This document shows, one piece after another, positions 48,397 through 61,216 of a DNA stretch of 64,000 nt; within the stretch, counting starts at the first letter, position 1; every line of letters starts with the position of its first letter. The stretch comes from Hormiphora californensis (Eukaryota > Animalia > Ctenophora): assembly GCA_020137815.1 (NCBI GenBank), contig CM035355.1:2170001-2234000 (forward strand). Direction: 5' to 3'. The translations under genes and the position numbers were made by a program. The notes under the pieces are model-generated. The model was not told where the DNA came from and made no database searches. It saw nothing but the letters and a program-made list of their open reading frames with translations.

Positions 48397-50747
48397 ATGA
48401 TGGCCATGCAGCAGATGGATTGTGGTGATTTTCTGGATGACATAGTGGACATGGAGAAAAAGTGAGTAATTTTCATGATCACCCTAGTAATCACTAAGAT
48501 GATTTATTATTAAGTTGACCGTCTATTTACAAATAAATTCCCCGAATTAGAATATGAATGCTATTTTGCCTGTGTACCTCGATATATACCGTGCAAAAAC
48601 TCTTTTCCCAACAACAGATTTGTTTACCTAAATTGTTTCAGTTGTTTTAACGAGGGTTACCAGGAAGGTGAGGTGAAGGGAGCTGCAGAGGGACAAGTAG
48701 AAGGATACAGCATGGGATTCAAGCAGGGTGCCCTGATAGCTCGAGAAATAACAGCTCACCGCTCAATGGCGGTATCCTTACTGGATAGTGGAAAATTTAC
48801 TGGGTAAGGTTGGACATTATTTTCTCTTCTATTATTTAGGCTCAATTGGGCCTTAATTGATCAATTAGTTACCAATAAGGGTGGATCTTTATTGGTAAGC
48901 CACCCTCTGGGTACCCACTACCCACCCCCTTATTGGCATGGCGTCACGAACCCCCCTCCCGGCCCCCTGGGCAAAAGTCGAAGTTTTGCCATTATTTTCC
49001 GATTGAACGCGTTTAAAATAGAAACTTCTTTTTTGTTTTCCCAGTTCCCACCCATTTGAAATTTTGTGAGTTGACCGTACTCACTGTAGCATCAGCCTAA
49101 TCAGCTACACGGCTATGGGACTCTGCTCATGCACAGGATAGATAGTGCATGATCAGAGCAGGCACAGAGAGCTCAGTGGATTGTCAGTAACTTCCAATTG
49201 GTTAGAAAGATCCTGGCAATCACAATGAGCTCCCCCCATAGGGGTGAGGGGACGGAGGAGGGGGGAGGTATAAAATGAGGTTCATCACTCCTCAGGTGGT
49301 AAAATCACACTCCCCTTACTCCTCCGTCACCCTCGATAAAATCTTGTGTTGAACAGTCTCCGTGGTGGTTGATAAAATCTCACTGTTGGTCTCCACTGTT
49401 TACTCGAGTTTGATTTGATCCTCTTCGGATTCTTGTCCAAGAGGGTCTTGACTCTGTTCCTCGGGATCCGAGGTAGGTGCTGGTAGTCCAGTGTTCTTAT
49501 CGGGGTCTTCCTCTGCAAAAGGTCCCACATAAATCACTGTTTCAGCAGCTGGTTGGACTAGGCGGGGGCTATTGGTTGGGCTGGTTACCGGGCTCATGAC
49601 TGGTGTCATTGCTGTGAACGATTCGGTTGATTCAATCATAGTCTGTGTTGTTGACGTCGTTAGGATTGGCCTTTTCCTCTTCAACTCTGTCTCAACAATG
49701 GTTTGCAACTTGGTCAAGGAGTCGGTCACGTGAGCAAGCCTTTTCACGACATTGGCGGTGATCAGCTGTGTATTAGAAGCCATCGTTTTGGATGCTTCTA
49801 GATCCGCAGCATACATAGGCAGCAACATATTGTTGGCCTTGCGGATGGTTTTCTTGATAAACAGAAGGCCTGCTACCATTATCATGGTTAATGTCAGCAA
49901 GGCTGAAGTTAGTAGAATGGTTTCTTGGTCCATGGTTTTGTTTCTGGAAATGTTTTGCAGAGCGGCAAATTCGAAACAAAAGAGGATTGACAAGCGGGGG
50001 ATAAGTTCTGCACGTGCAAACAAACACACAAAACGGGTGGATTATTGTTGCTATAGCAACACGTGCAGATGGGTCCTGCCTTCTTACAATCACACTCAGT
50101 TAGTTAAACACCAAACACTTCAATTTCAAACAAGCCAAATCGGATTGGAGTGAAACTTTCAGGTCTCTATAATTTTCAGAAAGTTGTGTTTTTATCTTAA
50201 ATCTGTCATTCAACTACGTAAGGTAGCCCAGAAAGTTTTACTATATAACTAAGTGTAATTACTAAGACTCTTTATCTACTGAAGTTTTCTCTCCTACTGT
50301 GACCACCCAGTTTACAGGGTGCGTGCATGCACACTGTTTTAACAAAAAAGAAATGAGGGTCAGAGTCAATATCTCATTTGTGAATTTTTTGACACATTTC
50401 CTATTTAGGCGCCTGAAGAAGGCTCTGGAAGGATTGAGGGATGCATGTACTGGGTTTGTCTTTGAAAACACTCAAGATTTAGATGATAGATTCATGGCGG
50501 TATCAGCTAAACATAAACAGGTTTGTGAAACTTTGTTGAAAGTTAGAAATGTGAGTGCAATTAGAAATCATGAACATGTATTTGGTTTGTTCAATCCCCA
50601 GAGAGAGCTGAGAGCTAGAGAGAGGATCGAACCATGTTTTTCTTTCATCAGGTACAATCTCTGCTGAAGGGCTCAGCTCCCAAGAGGGATAGTCCACCTT
50701 CCACAACATCTAACACGGCACCATCTCCTCCTAACCTCTCTTTCTGA
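48397..50747 (+). CDS. LTO1: LTO1/ORAOV1 (ABCE1 maturation factor), 4 exons
   Basis: DFLDDIVDMEKN-CFNEGYQEGEVKGAAEGQVEGYSMGFKQGALIAREI (GX3 repeats), KHKQ-VQSLLK, and a C-terminal LSF stop as in vertebrate ORAOV1. Confidence 0.88.
49400..49933 (-). CDS. Orphan single-exon protein (177 aa) with N-terminal TM helix, nested antisense in LTO1 intron 2
   Basis: catttccAG-aaacaaaacc-ATG; MDQETILLTSALLTLTMIMVAGLLFIKKTIRK (hydrophobic helix then basic cluster), a helical segment, a Thr/Ser/Pro-rich part and an acidic tail. Confidence 0.6.
   Translation of the reverse strand: MDQETILLTSALLTLTMIMVAGLLFIKKTIRKANNMLLPMYAADLEASKTMASNTQLITANVVKRLAHVTDSLTKLQTIVETELKRKRPILTTSTTQTMIESTESFTAMTPVMSPVTSPTNSPRLVQPAAETVIYVGPFAEEDPDKNTGLPAPTSDPEEQSQDPLGQESEEDQIKLE
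50047..50060. promoter_or_regulatory. Perfect palindromic RFX X-box-like motif flanked by CACGTG E-boxes
   Basis: GTTGCTATAGCAAC about 114 bp upstream of the nested ORF's ATG. Function is inferred from the motif only. Confidence 0.45.
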
Positions 50748-51297
50748 GGGAGAGCCTGCGACCAAAAAGGATACCTCAGACCAACCAGTCAATGGAATTG
50801 TTTGCAATATTCTACGACCTCAGATCAATTGTTGGCCACATTCTACGACCCAGTTTCTTTGTTTGCTATTTCGCATACAGATGTGATGATACAGCCCTCT
50901 GTTCCACGACAGGCCCCTCATCAGAGTGGAACAGATACCTGTGTCACAGTTTTGGTGGTCCTTGGCGCGCACGACGCGCGGCTCCCTTGTTTTGAAAGTA
51001 CACCACTTCAGCACTTGTCCCACCTCGCCACGCTACTGAAGTGTGCCGCTGATTGGGTGTGGGTCCTGTTGGGCAAGAGCAGGGGGTCGGGACCCTGTCC
51101 GTTATGTGTGATATGGATGGAAAAGGACGGTTGAAGACTTAAAAACAGGAAGATGAACACCCGTGAAATAGTATTGAACATTTTTTGTACTGATAATTTC
51201 TCTAATGCTACTGTCTATAACATACATCCGATCTCTCCCCGTTCCCTGGCTCTCTTTCGCGGAATCTAACTCCCTATAATTTTCTAAAGTGTAGCCA

Positions 51298-52840
51298 ATG
51301 TGTGAAGAAGAAAAGAGGGATGTATTAAAGCCATATTTTAAGGAATTAAAGCTCGAAGAAAATCTCTCCCAATGTATAAATACTGAGTGTGTGTACTGCT
51401 GCACCCTACAGCGACGAGATGGCAATATTTTAACACATCCTGATTATCCTGGTAGGTTATTTAATTTAACAATGTATCTAAATGTATAATTCTTACACTT
51501 CAATTTTGTAATTTGTTCGACCCTCTCTCCGCGGGGAGGGTTAGATCATAACAAGCAAAATGCACATGATCTAACATAATTCCCCAGGTTTCTACTTGAT
51601 CAAGAATGCTCTCCCTGAGACTACCCTCCGTCAGTTGTATTTGAAAACCCTTCACTGTTACCCGTGTGGCCGATCTAGTAACAATAACATACAACCTGTT
51701 AACGCCGATAATGTCAGGTACTTGATTATAGACTCGTCTTTAACTTAGATCTATATAAGTAGTCAACTAAAAGTACCCCTCCCTTTTTATACTTCTTTCT
51801 TGATTACTAACTACCCCCTCAGATCCAACCTGTCGTGTCTGGGAACACGGCCACCACCCAACCAAACCTACTGGGAGGCAGGCCTGATGGACCAACTCCG
51901 GTGGGTGTCCCTGGGTTACCATTACGATTGGACCAACAGGATCTACACTCCCAATAACCGATCAGATTTCCCCACTTTTCTCAGGGATACCGCTTCCACG
52001 ATTGTTAATCGGTGAGTTATGAGCTAGATATATGAGCTACCTCCCCCTACCGTATATAATGTTTAATTGTTTGATTCGCTTATAAATAGGAATGTATAGA
52101 AGTAATGTTAAGTAATGTCCTTTTAATTAGCCTGAAAATTATTCATAACATGGTTTTATTCACAGGCTTGATCTACCCGCTCTGAATGCTGATTCTGCCC
52201 TTGTGAATTACTACCGACCTAAGGATACCCTGTCCTTTCATAAAGATGATCTGGAGTGGGACCTTACCAAACCCCTCGTATCAATCAGCCTGGGTACGTA
52301 CCACAGATCTGTCCTAGGACTTCAGAACAATGATGAATGATTGAGTAATTTACCTTTAAAAGGTAGGATCCTCAATCATTCATCTGAAGTCTATGACGTT
52401 GAACTGTAGATTCCAATATCCATCAAGTCCAATAATCCCCTCCCCCCCCCCCCATGTTAGGTGTCCCAGGTATCCTCTCAGTGGGTGGTACAGACCGCTT
52501 CACACCCCCAATATCAGTCCTCCTCAATCACGGTGACGTAGTGGTCCTATCAGGTCCATCTCGAACCGCATACCACGCCGTACCTCGAGTCCTAGACATG
52601 TCCACAACGCTATGTGACCATGTTATTCTTGATAATAAAGGTTATGGAGTGACTGTGGAAAACAATGATAGTGAGCATGTGATTAAAAGGGCTCGGACTA
52701 GGAGGGTGGTACCGTGGAAGGATGAGGTCGTGGTGGGACAACTAGATAAACAATTTCCACATGTAAATAAGGAATTTGTGACACGAACTAGGATTAATGT
52801 TAGTATACGACAGGTTCAGAAGGAGTTTCTAGATGAATAG
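51298..52840 (+). CDS. ALKBH1: Nucleic acid dioxygenase ALKBH1, 5 exons
   Basis: LRWVSLGYHYDWTNRIY, ALVNYYRPKDTLSFHKD (HxD), PLVSISLG, GDVVVLSGPSRTAYHAVPRV, RINVSIRQV. Confidence 0.95.
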
Positions 52841-53002
52841 ATGAATTGCTTTTTATTTGTGAATCCTGCAATATTTTATTGCAGGATACTTCAACCACAC
52901 ACTGAATTGCTTTTGTAGATTGAAATTTGTTCATTTCGTTTTTTATCCAGCTGTTTTTTATCGCAACCATCCTAACACAGTCCCTGTTATTTCTAGCAGA
53001 TC

Positions 53003-53462
53003 ATGGCGTTTAGTTGTAGTGTAGAGATCCCATTTCCTAGTGAGAGGCATGCCAGGATAGCTATGAGAAGTGTTGGCGCTGACAAGGAACCAAGGAAATC
53101 AGGTACTTGGAACAAAATACCATGAACATCTCATAATCAGTTACATGTTTGAGAGCCTCATTTGCTGTGCATATATCAGCTTGAAAGTACATAGCAGCTT
53201 TACAGCAAATAACATCATCTGCTAACAGTCTCTAACAGTGTCATCACCCAACTGCTAACTTTGTCATCTAACAGTCTGACCCCCCTCCTCCCCCTGGACA
53301 GGTGTTAAGAGGGAGATGGTTGTGAAGGGAGAGATCCTGCACGTCTCCATCTCAGCAGCAGAACTCCGTCTTTTGAGGGTCTCTATCGGAGCTGTATTGG
53401 AGCACATCAGGTTATCAGTGGATACAATGGACATGTTCGACTGTAAAGATAACCACCCGTGA
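53003..53462 (+). CDS. LAGE3: EKC/KEOPS complex subunit Pcc1/LAGE3, 2 exons
   Basis: MAFSCSVEIPFPSERHARIAMRSVGADKEPRKS-GVKREMVVKGEILHVSISAAELRLLRVSIGAVLEHIRLSVDTMDMF. Confidence 0.92.
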
Positions 53463-53736
53463 AGAAGAAGAGTTCAGAGAAGAAGGAAATCATGACCACT
53501 AAACAAACACTACGGCAAGGATACTCTGAAGGCGCTATACGCGGAAGAAACAGAATGCATGGACCTCGCGTATCTAATTTATTTTATTTGAAGCTTTTAC
53601 AGACAACACCCTTGACCCTTCGATGTTTAACTACTACTTTTACTAACTACTTACTTTTGCGTGAGAGTCTGGGCAAAACCACTCTCCATTATATTACCAC
53701 ACTGACTTACCAACTCCATTGCTTAGTAGCCGCGAC

Positions 53737-54563
53737 ATGGAAACGGTTCAGCAACAGCAGCCAAAGAGGAAGAGACAGAAGACGTTAGCTGAAAAACAGA
53801 CCAAGAAGGTCACTAAGCACGTGCTTGACAACCCGTTTAGGATAGCCTGGCCCAGACACACGTCACAACAGGTATAACAGCCTGGAACAGGCGGCACATT
53901 GTCACAGAATACAGATTAACCAGTTTTGGTTAGATTTGTTCCTTGACTTACTTGTTCCCCTTCATGCCAAATACTTCCATACTATCCAAATAATTACTCC
54001 CTTCTCCTAATATCCCTGAATGCAGGTTGAATCTGTTCTCCTCACCCTTAAAAACTACATAACGGACCACTACTCTGAATCATGCCGAGAGGACCCGTCT
54101 CTCAATGACACCCGTGGGAAACGAGCCACGGGGCACAAGCTGGAACGTGATGGTCACGTGATATTCAGTATAAACCACGTTACAAAATGTTTCGAACGTG
54201 GTAACACCCCAACCCCCCTGAGAGTTATAGTTGTTGAGGAGAGTCTGGTGTCTAGTCACGTGTATGATCATTTCCTTCAGCTCTGTGCCATGTACTCTGT
54301 CCCTCTGGTCCGTGGTCCACTCTCCATGTATCTTAGCCGGGGTCCTGGGAAGGAAACAATTGGGTATTGTCGGGGTGGTGGACCCAGGGTTGGAGTCTCC
54401 CTGATCTGATAGTTCCAGTCCTCCCTCCTGCCCTAGTGGACTGGGACTCTTCCATCCGATGACACTGAGGGTGTTAGATGCAACGCCCAGTGAGGCAGCC
54501 AGGAAAAAGAAGGCACAGAGAGCTGAGAAAAAGAGGTTGAAGAAACAAAATTTGAAAAGCTGA
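53737..54563 (+). CDS. RNase P/MRP subunit RPP38/Pop3-like (L7Ae fold), with apparent frameshifts in the last third
   Basis: KHVLDNPFRIAWP, FSINHVTKCFER, LRVIVV and HFLQLCAMYSVPLV. Plausible continuation (LAGVLGRKQLGIVGVV...LRVLDATPSEAARKKK) is split over several frames. Confidence 0.62.
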
Positions 54564-54808
54564 TGAACAATAGTTTGTACTTTTATTTGTTTTTTAGTTT
54601 TATCTTGTTTGGTTTTTTATGATTCATGATTGTTTTTACCTTCTTTCCCTCCTTCTAATCACACACATTTTTTCCTCCCTCCAATCACCTAACCCCACCT
54701 AGCTTCCCTCCCTCTATTCACCTAACCCCACCTTTCCCTCCCTCTAACCAACTAACCCACCTTCCCTCCCCCCCCCCCAACTAATCCCACCACTTCTCTA
54801 TCTAGGAG

Positions 54809-57800
54809 ATGGTTCGAGGTGATTCCCGTCACTACTCACTCCAGTCCCGTACTAGCAGCGGCGGAAACGGCACCCTAATCCGCTCCACCACCCCGGACCA
54901 GTACGATGACGATGATGACCTCCTCCTCCCTCGCCCCAACTCCTCCAAATCACCACTCTCCAAATCATGCTCCAACCCTCTCCGTCTCATAGTGCTGACG
55001 GTGTTTGCTCTCCTTATCTTCATATCAGGAGCGCTATTCCATCTTCTAGTGGTGTCCCTAGGAGAACCGGTATCCCCGCATAAAATAGACAATGTTGCTA
55101 GTGTGATAAAAGCGAGCAAGGTAAAGGAGTTCCACACGGCTCTCACACAGAACAGTCATATAGCGGGTAGTGCGGAGAATTACAGGCTGGCAGAGTATGT
55201 CAGGGACAGGTTGCAGGAATTCGCTTTTGATACGGTACGTGTGAAGTGGTAACTCTGTGGCAGCTAGGGGCCATGTGTTTGGGTTTTGTGGTTGATGGTT
55301 CTGGGTTCCTTTCTCGGGTTCCTTTCTAATAACATTTTACCCCTACCTTACAGGTGGAGATGAAGAACTATTCAATGAGGTTACCCTACCCCGATCCCGA
55401 GCATCCCAACTCCGTCAAACTCCTCTCCTCTGAAAATGAAACCCTCCTTCATTCTTGTGCACCTCAAGAGACTCCCCTCACAGGTAAACTGAGAGTCACG
55501 TGATCTCCTTATTTGGTAGTGATTCAATCACGTGATCTCCTTATTTGGCAGTGATCCAATCACGTGATCTCCTTATTTGGTAGTGATCACGTGATGACTA
55601 AATATAAATAAGGTTATATTCCAGATTTTGAGAAGACCCACCCCACTACACCTCTATTTAACGCGTGGAGCCTGCCCGGGACAGTGAAGGCCCCCTACGT
55701 GTTTGCTAACAATGCCGAGGAGGCTGATTTTAATTATCTGGAACGACATAACATCTCAGTAAAGGGAAAGGTAAGCAAGTTCTGTCCCTAACTTTTTCAA
55801 CTTGATTTTCTTTAAATACCCCACAAACAAAGTGCTTCCTGCCCTACATAAAATTATAATCCCTCTCTACTTCAGACATTTTACTTCTAACGCTGCCCCC
55901 ACCTCCCTCGCCACTACATCTCTCAACTCCAGATGTAATAACCTCTATTCCCCCCCCCCCCCAGATAGTGCTAGCACGTGTTGGTAGCTCATTTCGTGGC
56001 AATAAGGTCGCTGCTGCAGCTGACCGAGGTGCAGTAGGGATAGTGTTGTTCAAGGATCTATACAGCCCCGAGGAGACGGTTAGGTTCCCTAAGTCAGAGT
56101 GGGCTCCTATCTCTAGTGGGGAAAGGGGCTCTATATCACTGTGAGTTCTATAACAAGGTTCTTGGAACTTTTTCCGTGTTTCAACTTAATTTGAAACTGA
56201 TCATATCCCAGAAGAGTTTTTCAATTTCAGAATTTTGGTTTTTGGATAAAAATAACAGCATTTTAGTTAGGTTACGGTTGGTTCACTTTAACTCCCTCTA
56301 ATCCCCTCTAATTTCTCTCCTTAGGAACGATGGTGATATGGACAGTCCCGGGTGGCCGTCTGTCCTAGATAGCCCAAACAAGAAGACTGGAACCCCACAA
56401 TACACAGCCATTATCTGTCAACCAATCACAGGGGAGGATGCTCAAGTTCTCCTTCGGGCGCTACCTGATAGTGGTGAGTAGCTGGAATTCAGCTTGGATA
56501 TACTTTGAGTTTCATAGAACATTCTCCAATTGTTCAGTATTCCCATTAATGTTCATCTCCTATCTCTATACGGCATACATAAATCTCTCTCCAGGGGTAA
56601 ATCCGGAGTGGAATGTTGGTGTGATGGAGGGAGAGACAATAAACGTTGGAGGAGGGGATGGGGACCCCCCCTTGTTGGAGGTGACCGTGTCCAACGTGGT
56701 CAAGAGGGTCAATGTGACTAATGTTATTGGGACTATTGTTGGGCAGGTGGAGCCTGACCGATGGGTCATACTAGGTAAGGTATTTGGGTTTGAAGTCCCC
56801 TCTCCCTCATGCGCTGTCTCGCACCTCTCATGTAACCCCTCGTTTACTGCTTATGCTGTTGAATACAATCAGCGTTACCAGGAAACCAGAAAGAGAAAGC
56901 CGTTCATATTTATATGTAACATCAGGGCTACTACACAAACACACGAAGTCACAAACATATACCCCCTATATTAGATAACACAAAAAAAAACCCCTGTCTC
57001 CTAGGTAACCACCTATCTCCTAAGCTAGGTAACAAACATACACCCCCTCTCCTAGGCAACCACCTGTCTCCTAGGTAACCACCTGTCTCCTAGATAACAA
57101 ACATATGCCCCCTGTCTCCTAGGTAACCACAGAGATGCATGGACCTACGGGGCAATCGATCCCGGCAGTGGGACAGCTGCTATGTTGGAAGTTGCTAGAT
57201 CTCTGGGGGAGTTCCTAGAGAAGGGTTGGAGACCGAGGAGGACCATTAAGGTTGCCAGTTGGGATGCTGAGGAATGGGGTCTCATGGGTTCCATTGAGTG
57301 GGTGGAAGAATACAGGTACAAATACGTGCTAGCTTTACCCTCTCTCCAGAGTCCAGACCAGGAGGATATGATAAGACTGTGGTCTTTCCTTGTGTGGCGT
57401 TTTTGTCCAATTGTTTACTCCCCATTCTCACAATCACACTCCCCCCTCTCTCTCTCGCATGTAGATCTCATTCTCACAAACACACTCTCTTGCAGGTTTC
57501 CTCTCCGTTCCAAAGCCGTTATCTATGTTAACACTGATGTTGCTGAGGGTGGACACTGTCACGAGGTTATGGCGTCTGGTTCCCCCATGTATGATAGGTT
57601 AACAACGGGGGTACTGAATAAGGTTAACGGAGTTAACGCATCTACAGCTCTCCCTCTCTCCGGAAGTAAGTACTGCACTGCGTTTTGATCTGTGAGGCCA
57701 ACTATTTTCCCATTAGCTACCTCCTTCCCAGTTCGTCGCCAGTTGGTCGCCCCTCTCCTTGTCTGTGTAGGAGATGAGGCGCGAAACATTGCACGCAAAC

Positions 57801-59238
57801 ACAAAGGGGCGCGAGGTGCCTAACCCCTCTCCTGGCATCCCACCACCCTCACCGTTACTATATATTTGAAACCACAGCTTCTAACCAATCACCCCCTCCA
57901 GGTGGTTCTGATATGTTTAGTTTCTACTGCTACGCGGGGGTATCTGTAGTTGATATCAACTGTAACTCATTTGATAATGTGTACCACACACTACATGATA
58001 ACAGACACCTGTTGGACCTGGTTGATCCTGATTATAAGAGTCTTGCTAAAGTGGCTTCTGCACTTGCCCAGGTAAACCGGTGCTCTGCTGAACATAATGT
58101 GAGCTACAGTGTGAGATACACAGGTAAAACTGTATGGAGAGGTGTGAACGCCAAATTCTCGTTTCTATCAAATAAAAGCGATGCGCCGACGAACTGACCG
58201 CCAGCCCTCTCGTGCACTTTATGCCCACTCTGTGTCTTTCCCTACACTGACATCTCCCTCTCCAGCTTCTCTCCTATAATTATAGGTTGTTGTGACCCGC
58301 CTCCCCCTAAATTATCTCTCTCTCTCCTAGGTTGTGGTGAATGCGAGTGAGAGTGTGTTGATACCGGGTAATGTTGAGGTCTACGCAGCCCGGATCTCAG
58401 AGTGGTGGTTCCAACACAGACCAGGTAATTAATTAATTAGTAATTAGTAACTAGTCGGTGGGTTGATTAATCCCAGATGGCAGATAAATTATTCAGTATA
58501 TCAATCATGATCTACCGAACGTTTTGATAATAACGGTGTGAGCCACAAAATATCAATCCTGTTTTTTTGTTGAACTAATAACACCCCTTCTCCCATTAGG
58601 TCTGGTTGAGGTTCTAATCAAGCTGGGGGAGAAGGAAAGTGCCCTGAAACCGGTAGATACTGCTATCTCAAATCTCAATGAAGCTGCCAAGCAATTCAAG
58701 GTTAGTGCTACAACTAGTGACCTAACTTTCACCCTTTTCATTGAAAGTCTTATTCACATGTGCGTCATTTCTATGAAACAAGTATGAAGTACCCCCTGAT
58801 ATCATCTCTATCCCACAGGCGAATGTATACGACCCCCTTTCTCCTGAGAGCGACCCTGCGGAGGTGAGACGGGTAAACGACATTCTCCTCCAATTCGATA
58901 GGGTCTTCCTGACTGATACCCAAGTCCCTGGGACTAACTCCTTCTATTCTCGGCACCTCCTCGTCTCTCCCAGTGCTGATGATATCTACTCAGGTAGGGG
59001 TGACAATATTATGACGTTACTAGAGATTGTCAATAATTTATTATTCATTGGAAACAATAGTTTTGTCGCTAGATGTTCTATAGGTATTATATACCATATC
59101 ATTCCAGGAAGTGGCTTTCCATCTCTCAAGTGGCTTGTATCAAAGAAAGACTCGATTACACGGGATCAGGTTTTGTATCAGTTAGAATTAGTTAGGTGGT
59201 CGGTCAAGTCAGCTAGGGACATTTTATTGTTCAATTAA
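54809..59238 (+). CDS. Glutamate carboxypeptidase II / NAALADase-like M28B peptidase, type II membrane, about 12 exons
   Basis: N-terminal [117 protein letters not shown]. Confidence 0.93.
56993..57130. repeat. Degenerate tandem repeat of a splice acceptor plus exon start (cctgtctcctAG-gtaaccac)
   Basis: About 6 copies precede the functional acceptor at ~57122 of the GNHRDAW exon. Confidence 0.8.
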
Positions 59239-59535
59239 TTAAGTTACTTTAGTTAATAAAGTTACTGAGAATTAACAATTTGTTGCTTTTAATGATACTT
59301 AATGTTATTTAATTGTTGTGGTGAAGTAGTATTTAAAAATTCGTTGATTTTCAGCGAATAATATTGTTTCTGTATATACCCGCTTTTAGCTTTACACTTT
59401 TACTTATTACAGATTAAACATTCTTGATTTATTGTTCCCCTCCCCCACTATCCACTGAAGGACGAGGAAACTTCCCAACTTCCCCAATCAGCAGCTAATA
59501 ACTCCCCACACTCTAGCTCTCTACTCCAATATACC

Positions 59536-61216
59536 ATGTCATTTCTGGATGAGTTGACGGAGCTCACCAAGACAGCTCCATCCATTGACCCTGAACTTGT
59601 GGGATTTGCTGATGAGAATGCCTTTCTATCCGCCAAGGGAACGGTAAGATATTGAGTAGAACCCGATTCACTAACCTCGAATTTAACTAAAAATTCTGCA
59701 CCCCGAACCATGTGTGTATATTCCGCTCTAACCCCAATATCCCCACTAGGCACGTCCCTATCACATCCTTGATGACGCTGACATGGGTAAACCTACCTCT
59801 CGGAAGGAGCTGTGGGGAGAGGACACCACCCAGGCAGATGATGGAGCGGTAGCTGCGCTGGCAAGGAATCTGGATGAGAGGCTAGATAACTTAGGAAGTG
59901 AGGATGATGAGAGTGATATTGGAGATGATGAGAGTGGTAATGATGATGAGATGGTAGAGAGTGATAGTGAGGAGGGGGAGGGGTATGAGACTGGTGATTC
60001 ACAGGAGGAGGAAGGAGAGGAATCACCCGAGGAGGAAGAGGAGGAGGAGGAGTTGAAGATTGTTAAAAAGGTGGACGGTGCAAGTGAGGAGATGAAGCGG
60101 GCTGCAGTTAAACACCAAGTTACCACATGGGATAGGTTGGTTCAGTTGAGGTTAAAACTACAACCCTCCCTTCAAGCTGCTTCTAGGCTGCCCTGTGCTG
60201 CTAAGAAGGCTAAATACATGTCCGGAGATGTCTCACAGGTAAGAGATGAGAGAGTTTTCAAAGGGAGTAAGCCCCTCTTTGATTAGAGAGTTTTGTTGAT
60301 TTCTTTTATCGCAAATTTGATCCCTCCTAGTACTCTTTAGTAGTTGATCACAAGTTCTCTTCCCAGTTCTCTCTAATGCAGAATGTCCCAATCAATAACA
60401 TCTGTCTCTCAGGGTCACCGTCAAGCCATCATCACCAACCTCCAGCACTCTCTAGACCAACTATTGGATCTGAAAGAGGCCCTTGTGGATGGGAATAGGG
60501 ACATCAAGGCTACAATGTCAGGCAAGAAGCAGTCCAGTGGAGAAGGTGACGATGAGGAGATACCCTCAGACACAGACGAAGAGAAATCGGAAGAGGAGGA
60601 TGAGGAGGAGGAAGAAGTTAGGCCAAAACGGAAACGAAAACAACCCTCTGATTTTTATCAGTCACACCTTGTGGAGCAGGGTGAAAAGTTTGAAAAGTTC
60701 AAGTCAGATACCATTTCCAAGTGGTACGAGCAGACTAAAGTTGTCGCTAAGAAATCTTCATTCATGAACAAGGAAACAACCGTAATAGATCAGATAAATC
60801 ATATCTTGTCCAACAAGGAGCGGCTAACAACCAGAACCCTTCAAAACCGGAACTCTGTTCACGTGTTCGGGGAAGGAACAACCGGGGAGGATGATAATAT
60901 CTCAGAGAACAGGGAGTTCTTCAACGATGACGACTTCTACCAACAACTTCTCCGTGAGATAATAGATAAGAAGATGGGGGCTATAGATAAGAGTGATCCA
61001 GATGCGATGGGGAGGCAATGGGTGGAGCTGGAAAAGCTGAAAATGAAAAGTAAGAAGAAAGTGGTGGATACGAAGGCTAGTAAAGGTCGGAAAATGAGGT
61101 ATGAGGTTCATAGTAAGTTGCTGGGTTTTGTGGCACCCATTTCGACTGAGACTCTCTCTGACGCGAGGCAGGATGAACTGTTTAAGAGTCTTTTTGGAGG
61201 GTGCAAGAAGTTGTGA
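59536..61216 (+). CDS. AATF: AATF/Che-1/Bfr2 ribosome biogenesis factor, 3 exons
   Basis: Acidic N-region, AVKHQVTTWDRLVQLRLKLQ, FFNDDDFYQQLLREII, KKKVVDTKASKGRKMRYEVHSKLLGFVAP, DELFKSLFG. Confidence 0.95.

Noticed and set aside
53459-53788. 109-codon ORF bridging PCC1 and RPP38-like
   Set aside because: GTG start, out of frame with both genes, and no recognisable motif. A local indel near the PCC1 end cannot be excluded.
55497-55595. Three copies of tcacgtgatctccttatttgg (E-box/CLEAR-like)
   Set aside because: Ordinary short intronic tandem duplication. TCACGTGA words are scattered through the window without clear promoter association.
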